A DNA stretch of 64,000 bases from a virus. Made by a program: the position numbers and the translations under genes. The DNA lies in the IMG/VR virus record IMGVR_UViG_3300027784_001663. One strand, given 5' to 3'. The stretch's first letter is position 1. Each line of letters starts with the position of its first letter. Shown piece by piece: positions 25,975 through 35,799 of this stretch. A model generated the notes under the pieces. That model saw nothing but the letters and a program-made list of their open reading frames with translations. It did no database searches and was not told the DNA's origin.

Positions 25975-28900
25975 CTAAACACTCCTAATATTTACTATAT
26001 TACTTTCGGATGGTTCTCCGTCATCTATAGAATCATTTGGAACAACAATAGCCTTCCATTGTTCTCCAACTCTAGTAGCATCATGATCTAAAACAGAAAA
26101 ACTATTATGATTATCTCTAACATTATTAATATCTATCATATTTTCATACCCTTGTACAACATAAATATCTCCTAAATCATCCGCATTATCATATATTTTC
26201 TCCCATTCTTCTCCAGCTAATCTCCTCCACCATTGCACACTAGTTCTATTAGATTGAATACTATTTTCGCTATCATGTAATGCCATTATTTCAAAATCAA
26301 AGAAATCCCAAGATAAAATTAAATTTTGATTAGTATTTGGTTCTTCAGGACGTAATTCTATATTCCCAACTACTGGATAACTATTTTGGACTACATAAGA
26401 AGGAGTTGATATGCTTTCTCCTGAAATATTTTCTGATCTAGGAATAATAACAGCATATATTTCATTACCAATTTGCAAACCTAAATCAGAAGTAGTTCCC
26501 ACTCCATATTCACCAGGTGCTATTCTTTGATATAAAACCCCCTCTGAATTCTCTTGTCCATATCTTCCTCTTTTAAACATAAAATCATTTACATACCATA
26601 TAATTTCAGAATTATTAACATCAGTATCTGAATAAAAATTAAATCTAACTTCTGCAGTAACATCACTAGCTATCCTGTTTGTAACTTTTCCATCACTTTT
26701 TATACCCACTATGCGAGGCTGATACACTCTTGGTTTTGACTCCCTAACAACAAGTGTATTTGACATTCCTTCTTCACTATGTAATTCACCATCACTAACT
26801 CTTATAATAGCATGTATCCTGTCATTTAAATTTAAAATAGATTCTCCAGATAATCTAGCTTTGTCAATAACCGATTCATCGCTCCCTAAATCATCTTTTG
26901 AAAAAGTAAATACCCTTTTCCACAGAGGATCATTTTCATCATCTATATCATTCCATATCCGCAAATTATCAAGATAAGGAACATGAGTATTATTTATGAA
27001 CCATCTAATTATAGTTTTGCTTTTATCTTCTTCTATAAAATTAATATCAAAATAATCATATGATATAGATATTTTATCATAAACAGTTACATAACTAGGC
27101 TCTATTATAACATTACTAACCTCTGGAGGAACTCTTTCAATTGGAGGTAAAAGTTCTCTTCCAGTAGTATACATATATGATAAACCTTCAATTTCTAAAT
27201 CTTTTTTATCAGATTTGTTTAATAATTCTAATCCTATTTTATATGAATTTTCACTTAAAATACTTATTTTATAATCACCATCTATATAATCTTTAGACAA
27301 TCTATAATTAAAAACCACCAACCCCTCTCTTGAATAAATTCTATATAAATCACTAGGTATTACATTGTGATTTTTATCATAAACCATAACGCTAGAATCA
27401 GGAAACCACTTTCCGTAAGGAGCTCTTAATGTATAATCATCTATCTTCTCTAAAGGCTGATGTTCATATTTACCAGTATCATAAGCATAACGAATAGGAA
27501 CAAAGATTTTACCATTTTCTTCAATCCCAGGATAAGCTGGAGATGTATAATCAATCCAATTTACAGGATCCCCTGCTGACAATCCTATATTTATATCTCC
27601 AATATTTTCATCAATTTTATTATTTGAATTAACTGCTAGAACCATTTGAGAAGGCAATAAATCAACATCTTTATTATTTAAATATAAATATGCTTTATTA
27701 TTTTTATTATAATTAATCTCAAAGTATCTTAAATATGGACTATTATCAATAAACTCTCCATTATCATACATAGAATCAAATCCAGTTATAAACGTAATAA
27801 AAAATTTGATATACCTAACAAATAGACCATTATAAGAAGGAGAGGTATCATATGAATACTGCTCTAATAAATTAATATAATTGTATCCATCTTCACTTAC
27901 TGCTATTGCCCAATAAGCATTTCCTGTCTCAGGTATGTAGAACTCAGGTTTTATACTATTTAATCTAACAGATTCTCCCAAATCCACAATAAATTGATAT
28001 GTTCCATATCCTAAAACTCCAGTTGCTTCTGTATAAAAAATTTCAGACATTCTATCTGTATGCTTTGCATCAACTATAGTATAACTTTGCCCTCCTGTTA
28101 AATAAGAAATTTTATTCAATGTCCTTGTATCTGTTCGATTCGCAAGCACTGAAAGAGTTATAGGTTCAACCACAGACATATTACCTATTAAAACAGGGAC
28201 CTTTCTAAAACCATCAATATTGTTAATTTGCTCTATAGACTCATTTAAAGTTACCACAGAAGCATTTGAAGCATTATCTGTAAATAAATAAATAAGTTTT
28301 TTAATATCATCTATATCATTATCTGACATTGTTTCTGCTGATAAAGATAATGCATCTAGCATAGGCGATGCTCCAAAAGGAATCCTATTTTTTAAATTAT
28401 TAGCTACAGATAAAACATCATTATAAGTTCCATCATTTTTTTCTATAAGATTATCTACTACAGGCACCCAATCTTCATCATTATAAAATTCTACTATAAA
28501 ATTACTAGTTTGTCTAAAATGATCCCTTGAAATCAAATCAAAAATTCTATCATTTGCTTTGCTATCATTAATAATGCCTCTATCTACAGTTTGCCCAAAT
28601 AAATTATCATCTATAACAGTAACTTGAATAGAAACACTATAAGGTTGTCGCTCTTTCCCAGTTTCTATTTTAATAAAAACGTTATCCTCTTCTTCCCTTT
28701 CTGATATGATTTCATCTTCTCTGATTTCTCCTAAGCTAATAATATCTTCATCACTTAAATCTTTATATCTTTGGATCCTAACATGCACATCTTCTGTTTT
28801 TTCTAATAAATCTTCTGAACGTGGCAAAAGTGTAATAACCCCTATCCCATTTTTCAATGTGATTCTATCAGACGAAAATAATATAGGATAAGATGTTGGC

Positions 28901-29112
28901 CTATCTATGAATCTTGATGCTAACTCTTGTTGAAACTCCACACCTTCAAACCTATTTACATCTTCTTGAAGTTCAGAAAATTTTATAAAACCTCTTATCA
29001 TAATATCTATATCTCTTTTAATATAACGTCCATTATATTTCAATTTGACAGGAATAGATATAGACTGTCTTCCATTTAACTTACAACGAATTTTTTTATA
29101 TTTACTAGACAT
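25975..29112 (-). CDS. Large modular putative virion protein: Ig-like N-domain, C-half of a vWA domain, jelly-roll module, three A9/Ig-like repeats
   Basis: GASPMLDAL...KKLIYLFTDN...LNKISYLTGGQSY; repeats PPEVSNVIIEP..WFIN, PRVYQPRI..WYVN, PVVGNIELRP..QWW. Confidence 0.65.
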   Translation of the reverse strand: MSSKYKKIRCKLNGRQSISIPVKLKYNGRYIKRDIDIMIRGFIKFSELQEDVNRFEGVEFQQELASRFIDRPTSYPILFSSDRITLKNGIGVITLLPRSEDLLEKTEDVHVRIQRYKDLSDEDIISLGEIREDEIISEREEEDNVFIKIETGKERQPYSVSIQVTVIDDNLFGQTVDRGIINDSKANDRIFDLISRDHFRQTSNFIVEFYNDEDWVPVVDNLIEKNDGTYNDVLSVANNLKNRIPFGASPMLDALSLSAETMSDNDIDDIKKLIYLFTDNASNASVVTLNESIEQINNIDGFRKVPVLIGNMSVVEPITLSVLANRTDTRTLNKISYLTGGQSYTIVDAKHTDRMSEIFYTEATGVLGYGTYQFIVDLGESVRLNSIKPEFYIPETGNAYWAIAVSEDGYNYINLLEQYSYDTSPSYNGLFVRYIKFFITFITGFDSMYDNGEFIDNSPYLRYFEINYNKNNKAYLYLNNKDVDLLPSQMVLAVNSNNKIDENIGDINIGLSAGDPVNWIDYTSPAYPGIEENGKIFVPIRYAYDTGKYEHQPLEKIDDYTLRAPYGKWFPDSSVMVYDKNHNVIPSDLYRIYSREGLVVFNYRLSKDYIDGDYKISILSENSYKIGLELLNKSDKKDLEIEGLSYMYTTGRELLPPIERVPPEVSNVIIEPSYVTVYDKISISYDYFDINFIEEDKSKTIIRWFINNTHVPYLDNLRIWNDIDDENDPLWKRVFTFSKDDLGSDESVIDKARLSGESILNLNDRIHAIIRVSDGELHSEEGMSNTLVVRESKPRVYQPRIVGIKSDGKVTNRIASDVTAEVRFNFYSDTDVNNSEIIWYVNDFMFKRGRYGQENSEGVLYQRIAPGEYGVGTTSDLGLQIGNEIYAVIIPRSENISGESISTPSYVVQNSYPVVGNIELRPEEPNTNQNLILSWDFFDFEIMALHDSENSIQSNRTSVQWWRRLAGEEWEKIYDNADDLGDIYVVQGYENMIDINNVRDNHNSFSVLDHDATRVGEQWKAIVVPNDSIDDGEPSESNIVNIRSV

Positions 29113-29126
29113 TTAAATAACACCTA

Positions 29127-32100
29127 TTAATCAAATTCTATTAAAACTGTTCCTGGCAAAGATCCATCTGTATAACCACCTGCCACATATAAATAAGGAC
29201 GAGATTTTACGATACCCCAAGCATAATTAGAATACACTATCTCTCCATTTGCTCCTCTTACAATATCTCTAATAAATTGTGCCGAATTAAAATTAGAACC
29301 CCATATTAAATTCTCTTCATTCCCAGAATATAAAATAATGTTACCATCATTAAACCTATCTTCAACCTCGATATCTGATAATACTCTATTGTAAATCCCA
29401 AATTGATAATAATAACCTTTTAAACCACCTATAGACCATACATCATTATCTTCACCTTCAAAACCATGTAATAACATTTCTGATAACATATCTTCTTGAA
29501 TATTTAAACTAAAAACCTCTTTATCATTATTTATATATAAAGTAGATATTAAATCATTTTCTTCAATATCAAATGATAAAACGATATGATTTAAAATATC
29601 AGGTGTTATAGTTATTTCATCAAATGTATGTAAAATATCATAACTTTCCCCTTCTGCTATTTTTATTTCATATATAATTTTACCATCTTCTAATTCTATC
29701 TTTATATATTTTTCTTCATTTCCTTTATCTAAAATAATTCCCTCTTCTCCATCTTCTACTTGTATCCACATTTCAAATGTGCAAAATGGCTCTCTTAATC
29801 TATTAAAAGAAGTAGAAGAAATATTAATATAATTATTTTCTTCTAGTTCTAATCTTAATTCACTTGAACCTATGCCCGAAGATCCAATATGTCCATACCT
29901 AGCAATAGGTAAAGATACAAGTGAAGAATATTCATCCCAACTATTATCATAATTATATTTATCATATTCACTTAGATATAAAGACTCATTAATATCTACA
30001 CCTGTTATAACATTCGTTTTTTCTTTAATAGCCCCGCCAATAATATAATACTTATCAAAAATAGAGGGATTTTCTATACAAGGCTCTATCATCGCTGAAA
30101 ATAACTTAGGTTGAGGTAAATTATCAAACAAATCAAAAGAATAATCTAATGTTGTATAAGATGACATCTCAGACTCTAATTCAAATGAAATAACTTCAAA
30201 ATTTGGATGACGATTACTCGTTATAACATCTGACCAAGATCCATTAAATATAATAATTTTATTATTGTAGAGCAAAGATAACGGTGATAATCTTTGATAT
30301 AAAATTAGGTTATTATCATTAATTACGACTTCACTTTCATCCCATATATCATCTTCAACACAATATCGCATTATAAACTTATTATATTCATCTGGCTCAA
30401 CTATATCAGTCATTTTCCTTATTGATGTAATTCCAGACATTACGTAAATATATGTCTTATCATTGATGGCAACAATCTGGGATGTTCCATAAGCAACACC
30501 ATATGGCATTGAAGACAATTCTTCCCATTCGTTCAGACCTGAATCATACACTTCTATTTTATCAGATACATAAAAATCATCGTCTATATTAATTCCTATC
30601 CCACCAATAGTATAAATTTTATCATCTATAGTTGCAGACATTCCTCCGTAACGAGGTGTTAAAATCTCTTTTCTTTCTGACCATTTATTTAAAGAAATAT
30701 CAAACTCTTCGTTCTTATCACTAATAGATCTATTGTTTTTTAAATTATTTCTTAACCCACCTACCATATACATCTTTTGTTCACAAAAACCATAAAAAGC
30801 ATCTCCTCTAGCATACATTGAATCTACCATTCTATCCCACTTGTTTTCTTCTATATCATATCTATACAATAATTTAGAATATATATCAGGGACAAATTCA
30901 ACTTCAGGAGGAATAATTTCATCCTCATAAGGATCTACTATCTCTTCCTCTTCTATAGGTTTCGTTTCTATTTGATGACTAACAGTTCTTCTTCTTTCTG
31001 TATTTTCAGTCTCGTCATAAGTTGTAACAATTTCAACTTCTTCTATTATATGATTTTCATATATTCTATTCCCAAATAATATAGCTTTAGCAAAACTTTT
31101 ATTATTCTCATTATATGTATAAATAATATTAGATGTAGATTGGAATAAAGGAGACTCACTTAAATCCCCACCTGTAATTCTTTGGATATTAACATTTAAA
31201 GGTGTATTCTCAGGAACAGGTTTTCCTCTAAATAATACTTCTACTTTAATTTCAATATTAGATCTAAATGTTAAATCTTTTAGTTCTTCTACCTCAATAC
31301 CATCCACCATTATATATATAGTTCTAATAGATAAGGGCTCTCGAAGACACAAAGGACAAGGAGGAACACCATTTTCCATATCTCCTCCTCCAACTAAATT
31401 TATTGGTTCTCCATCTACAAATAACGTAGTGATCCCTGATAAAAAATAATTTCCCCCAGGTAAATCACAATCAGTAAGATCTAATGCGCTTAAATTAATA
31501 TCTTCTCTTTCACAATAATCATCAGACACACAAGACTTAGGCCCATCATCTCCCCATGTCTTATTAGCCCTAATATAAATAGTCGTAGTATCAGATATAT
31601 TTGCTGGATTCAATGTTACAAAAGCAGTCCCATATTCAATTTTAGAATCATCTTGCAAAATAAGCTCTGTCCTATTTGTCGATTCATTATATTGTTCTAT
31701 TATATTACCATGTGCAATTTCTATATCATTATCCCCTGCATCTATCTGTACTATTTGTCCAAATTCACTTAACATTAATAAATCAGAATTTTCTTCCTGT
31801 GCAGCATCTCTAAATCGTTTTGCTGATAAAAAATACCCTCCCTCATCAGGAGTCTTAGCAACAGCAGGATTTCTTGATATAAAAACTCTTGTATAATCTA
31901 TGCCGTCAGCCCATAATCTATTACTTTCTTTTTCTGGTCTATAATCATACGCATCAGAAGGTAAAGGTTCAAAACCACCATATGAACCATGTCTATAAAA
32001 ATATTCCATCTCCATAAGAAACCTAGCACCAAATTGATCATAGTCTCTACTATAAAATCTGAACTTTAAAGACTGTTTTGCTGTAGCAGTTAAACCGTCA

Positions 32101-35100
32101 TAAACAATTGTAGATGATAATACATGATATTCTGTTATTCTATCATCATCTCTACTTATAGGCCCTAAAAATACATTTCTTGCTGTTCCATTTATAGTAT
32201 ATGAAAAAACACCATTAGAGATAGGGACATCATCAAGAGAAAATAAATCTCTTCTTCTTACATCTAATTCTGTTGATGTTAATGGCCCAGTTCGTCTAAT
32301 TCTCCATATGGGTTCTATCTTCCATTGAACAATAGAATTATCTTCAGGATAAGTTCTTTTAGACTTATCATTTGGAAAGTCAGGATCTATAATATATGAT
32401 GTAGATTGCTGCTCAGCAACATCCCCCCCATCAGGAATAGGCGCATTAGCATTTATATCCATCTTTAAAATATTCTGGAAAACAATATATAAATTTCTAA
32501 ATGAAGACAACCCTGCATGAGAAGCAGTTACATATAATTGAATAGCATGAAATTTATTAGGAGCAAAAATAGGAATATCTACATATGATATTGGCTTTTG
32601 TATTTCTTCACCATTTTCTACAATAGTTTCAAAACCATCTAAAATATCCATTCTATCAGAAGGCAATGAAACCATTTCACTTTCTTGTATCCTTCTTCCT
32701 TCATAATAACATTCCCCTTCAACACCAGCACAAGTACATAATTCTTTTTCTGCATCCCATATCGCAGCTCTAATAGTTCCTGAAGGTACAGTTCCTCCCT
32801 TATAAAAAACTTTCACTCTTGCCATGAAAGGATTAGAGGCATTCATATATATACCATTAAAACTATGACTACTAGTTCTTAAATAATCCAATCCTGTTAC
32901 TTCATCTGCATCATAATAATAACATTTTTCATCAACCTTTAAACCGTCTCTATTTTCTAGTTGTATTTCCCACGGATTTTTAAAATTAACTACAATAGGT
33001 TTAGACAGATATTCAAAAACATTATCCCTACTTTCTTGTTGTTCTTCCACTCCTTCTATATCATCTATCAACTCATCTATAATTTCTATATATCTATCAA
33101 GAGGATTTGTCCCTACTGATTGTTCTGTTTCTTTCTGTTCAAATCTACTTTCTGAAGAAGGAATAAATGATTTGATTTGAACTTTAAAAGTTGCAGACTT
33201 TATTCTAGAAATAATAGAAGCATCCGAACTCATTCTAAGTGTGCATTTAATTAAACCACTACTTAAATGAGAAATTGAAAATGAATAAGCATTTGAATCT
33301 TCAAAATCATCTATATCATATCCAAAAACTTCTTCTGCATAATCATTATCTTCTCTTGAAATATCAGGTATAAGATGTATCTTAATTAAAGAATCACTAG
33401 GTAACGGTTGCCCATATTCATCAGTAATTGTCCCATAAAAAACAACAGTCTCATCAAAATATGCTTCGATATTATTTGGATGCGTTTTAGGTAAATCCCA
33501 ACCTATAGATACAGAATTTTCATCAAATATTTCATAATGTACATTTTGAACGTCTTGCAATGGAAAAAGACTTTCATCAGCATCAAGAACTGGAGTACAT
33601 TTCCCCATAATAGGGTCAGAAGGTCTTCCATATTTATCAATATTAACTATAGTATAAAATACCTCTATATCATTTTGAAGATTTTTATGTATAAAAAAAT
33701 TATCTTTACCAGAATAAATAATTTCTCCAGTAAAACCCCCATCATCTAGATAGACAGGATAATCGTTATTGCTATATAAAATCTGAACTTTCTCTACTCT
33801 ATCATCATTATCAAAAGTATTATTCCAACTTAAATAACTTCTTTGATTCCCAGGTATTGCTACTTCTTTATTTTGTATTAATTCAGGAGACTCTAATGGA
33901 TAATCCAATGATGGCCAATAATCATTTCCTCCACTAGGTATTTTAACCGAAATGACTGGTGAATCTGAATTATCACTATAATTTCCTTCCGAATTTATAG
34001 AATAAATCTTATAATAATAAGTATCATCATGAACAAAATTTACAACATCAGTTAAAAAATACTCTCCATAAGTAACTATATCTTTTTTATATATTTCTTC
34101 TCCATCTCCTTCCCATGACGGAGGAGAATTATCCTTTCTTATAACACATACGCTTCCATCTTCAAAATTATAATCTTGCGGGACAATATATCTCAAGGCT
34201 ATAATTCTATCCCCATTATCACCTTTTAATCCCCATATATGTTCTTCTTCTATTACCTCTTCCGTTTCAATATCTATTTTTTCCTTTGTTTGATAAACTA
34301 ATTGAGATTGTATATATTCTTCTGATCGACAAATGTTATGAACACTAACTTCTGTAATCCTTCCAATAAAATCTTCATCAGATAAATTAAATGTCATATC
34401 ATTAAATTCAGACAAGTTAATATCTGGGTTAGGAACACTCTCATTATATAAAACTTCTCCATTAACATAATATTTTAAATTCTCAGAAATAGTATCATAT
34501 GTTATAGCAATATGATACCAAGAAGAATTTGATAACATAGGAATAGAACTATCACTTATGAAAGCCGACTCATCACCAAAAGAAAAATTCAAATTATATC
34601 CATCTATAGACAACTTATAGTTATAATTTTCTTCATCATCCTTTAATGATATTAAATCATAGGAAGATTCTGAAGTTAATGAAGAAGGAGATAACCATAA
34701 TAAAATCGATAAACCTTTAGGATAATTTCCTAATTCATCTTTTCCAAAAGATAACTTCTTATCATTATCTTTAGTAAAAATAGTTTTTTTGTTAAGAATT
34801 ATTCCTGAATCTCCAGAAGGCACAAACTCTTCTGGTAACCACATCATTTCTTCACCTTCTTCGCTTTTAAAATTTAATTTAGATTTACTAAAATCATAAA
34901 GATTATTTCCAATGCCTTCATCCATATGCCATAAAGCCACAGTGTTTTTATCTCTTAATGCACCTGTCCCAATTAAAGGTTTTCCTTCATACATTTCTCC
35001 AGGAACTCTTCCTATACTTCTAAATGCAGAAACACCTCTAGGAATAATTCTTTCTCTAGGTGTAACTTTAATTTTTACACCATCACTAAAATTATAATCT

Positions 35101-35786
35101 TTATCATAAGTATATAATTTATAATAATAAGTTATATCGCTTTCTAAATCCTCATCAAAAATTTTAGAAACATATCCATCTATAATTACATCACCATCAA
35201 TAGGAGACGCAGGATATCTTTCTTGATTTCTTACACATCTAATCCCAGCATAATTAGCATCTCTATCTTTAAATAAAAGGGATCCTAAAGACATAGCATC
35301 ATCTATGTGGATATCAAGATCTTCTTCTATAGTCCCAAAGAATAAAACGTTGACAAATCTACTTCCATATTCAAAAAGATTATAATGGACATTCCCAGGA
35401 TAATGATTTTTAATATTTTCTACAATTTTTTCTATTACATTAAATCTAAGCCCTTGATTATCGTTCCAAGTCATACTCCCAGATTGGTCAACTATAATGC
35501 TAACAACTCTGTCATCCATCTCCATCTTAACAGCTTCTGAATCTGTATCATAATCTACCACCTTTACATTATCTAACACCTGTCCTATTTTATCAGAAAA
35601 AGTATTTATAATTAATTCTTCTGTTTTAGTAGGAGGTAAAATAGCTTTATTATTTGATACAAAATCATGATCACTATATATTTTCATCGCATAATTACTA
35701 TCATAATTTATATACCATTCATCTTTATCTAGATCGACATCTCCTATTAAAGCTTTATAATATATTAAATTTTTATCTTCTATCAT
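29127..35786 (-). CDS. 2219-aa modular putative virion/adhesion protein: vWA N-half, FN3-like repeats, two LamG domains, Ig-like modules, Kelch propeller
   Basis: IIVDQSGSM; TYYYKLYTY/TYYYKIYS FN3 motifs; VALWHMDEG...WYHIAITYD; Kelch MYMVGG/IYTIGG/IEVYD..NEWE; second LamG TFEMWI...NHIVLSFD. Confidence 0.7.
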   Translation of the reverse strand: MIEDKNLIYYKALIGDVDLDKDEWYINYDSNYAMKIYSDHDFVSNNKAILPPTKTEELIINTFSDKIGQVLDNVKVVDYDTDSEAVKMEMDDRVVSIIVDQSGSMTWNDNQGLRFNVIEKIVENIKNHYPGNVHYNLFEYGSRFVNVLFFGTIEEDLDIHIDDAMSLGSLLFKDRDANYAGIRCVRNQERYPASPIDGDVIIDGYVSKIFDEDLESDITYYYKLYTYDKDYNFSDGVKIKVTPRERIIPRGVSAFRSIGRVPGEMYEGKPLIGTGALRDKNTVALWHMDEGIGNNLYDFSKSKLNFKSEEGEEMMWLPEEFVPSGDSGIILNKKTIFTKDNDKKLSFGKDELGNYPKGLSILLWLSPSSLTSESSYDLISLKDDEENYNYKLSIDGYNLNFSFGDESAFISDSSIPMLSNSSWYHIAITYDTISENLKYYVNGEVLYNESVPNPDINLSEFNDMTFNLSDEDFIGRITEVSVHNICRSEEYIQSQLVYQTKEKIDIETEEVIEEEHIWGLKGDNGDRIIALRYIVPQDYNFEDGSVCVIRKDNSPPSWEGDGEEIYKKDIVTYGEYFLTDVVNFVHDDTYYYKIYSINSEGNYSDNSDSPVISVKIPSGGNDYWPSLDYPLESPELIQNKEVAIPGNQRSYLSWNNTFDNDDRVEKVQILYSNNDYPVYLDDGGFTGEIIYSGKDNFFIHKNLQNDIEVFYTIVNIDKYGRPSDPIMGKCTPVLDADESLFPLQDVQNVHYEIFDENSVSIGWDLPKTHPNNIEAYFDETVVFYGTITDEYGQPLPSDSLIKIHLIPDISREDNDYAEEVFGYDIDDFEDSNAYSFSISHLSSGLIKCTLRMSSDASIISRIKSATFKVQIKSFIPSSESRFEQKETEQSVGTNPLDRYIEIIDELIDDIEGVEEQQESRDNVFEYLSKPIVVNFKNPWEIQLENRDGLKVDEKCYYYDADEVTGLDYLRTSSHSFNGIYMNASNPFMARVKVFYKGGTVPSGTIRAAIWDAEKELCTCAGVEGECYYEGRRIQESEMVSLPSDRMDILDGFETIVENGEEIQKPISYVDIPIFAPNKFHAIQLYVTASHAGLSSFRNLYIVFQNILKMDINANAPIPDGGDVAEQQSTSYIIDPDFPNDKSKRTYPEDNSIVQWKIEPIWRIRRTGPLTSTELDVRRRDLFSLDDVPISNGVFSYTINGTARNVFLGPISRDDDRITEYHVLSSTIVYDGLTATAKQSLKFRFYSRDYDQFGARFLMEMEYFYRHGSYGGFEPLPSDAYDYRPEKESNRLWADGIDYTRVFISRNPAVAKTPDEGGYFLSAKRFRDAAQEENSDLLMLSEFGQIVQIDAGDNDIEIAHGNIIEQYNESTNRTELILQDDSKIEYGTAFVTLNPANISDTTTIYIRANKTWGDDGPKSCVSDDYCEREDINLSALDLTDCDLPGGNYFLSGITTLFVDGEPINLVGGGDMENGVPPCPLCLREPLSIRTIYIMVDGIEVEELKDLTFRSNIEIKVEVLFRGKPVPENTPLNVNIQRITGGDLSESPLFQSTSNIIYTYNENNKSFAKAILFGNRIYENHIIEEVEIVTTYDETENTERRRTVSHQIETKPIEEEEIVDPYEDEIIPPEVEFVPDIYSKLLYRYDIEENKWDRMVDSMYARGDAFYGFCEQKMYMVGGLRNNLKNNRSISDKNEEFDISLNKWSERKEILTPRYGGMSATIDDKIYTIGGIGINIDDDFYVSDKIEVYDSGLNEWEELSSMPYGVAYGTSQIVAINDKTYIYVMSGITSIRKMTDIVEPDEYNKFIMRYCVEDDIWDESEVVINDNNLILYQRLSPLSLLYNNKIIIFNGSWSDVITSNRHPNFEVISFELESEMSSYTTLDYSFDLFDNLPQPKLFSAMIEPCIENPSIFDKYYIIGGAIKEKTNVITGVDINESLYLSEYDKYNYDNSWDEYSSLVSLPIARYGHIGSSGIGSSELRLELEENNYINISSTSFNRLREPFCTFEMWIQVEDGEEGIILDKGNEEKYIKIELEDGKIIYEIKIAEGESYDILHTFDEITITPDILNHIVLSFDIEENDLISTLYINNDKEVFSLNIQEDMLSEMLLHGFEGEDNDVWSIGGLKGYYYQFGIYNRVLSDIEVEDRFNDGNIILYSGNEENLIWGSNFNSAQFIRDIVRGANGEIVYSNYAWGIVKSRPYLYVAGGYTDGSLPGTVLIEFD

Positions 35787-35799
35787 TTAAAAACCTTTG

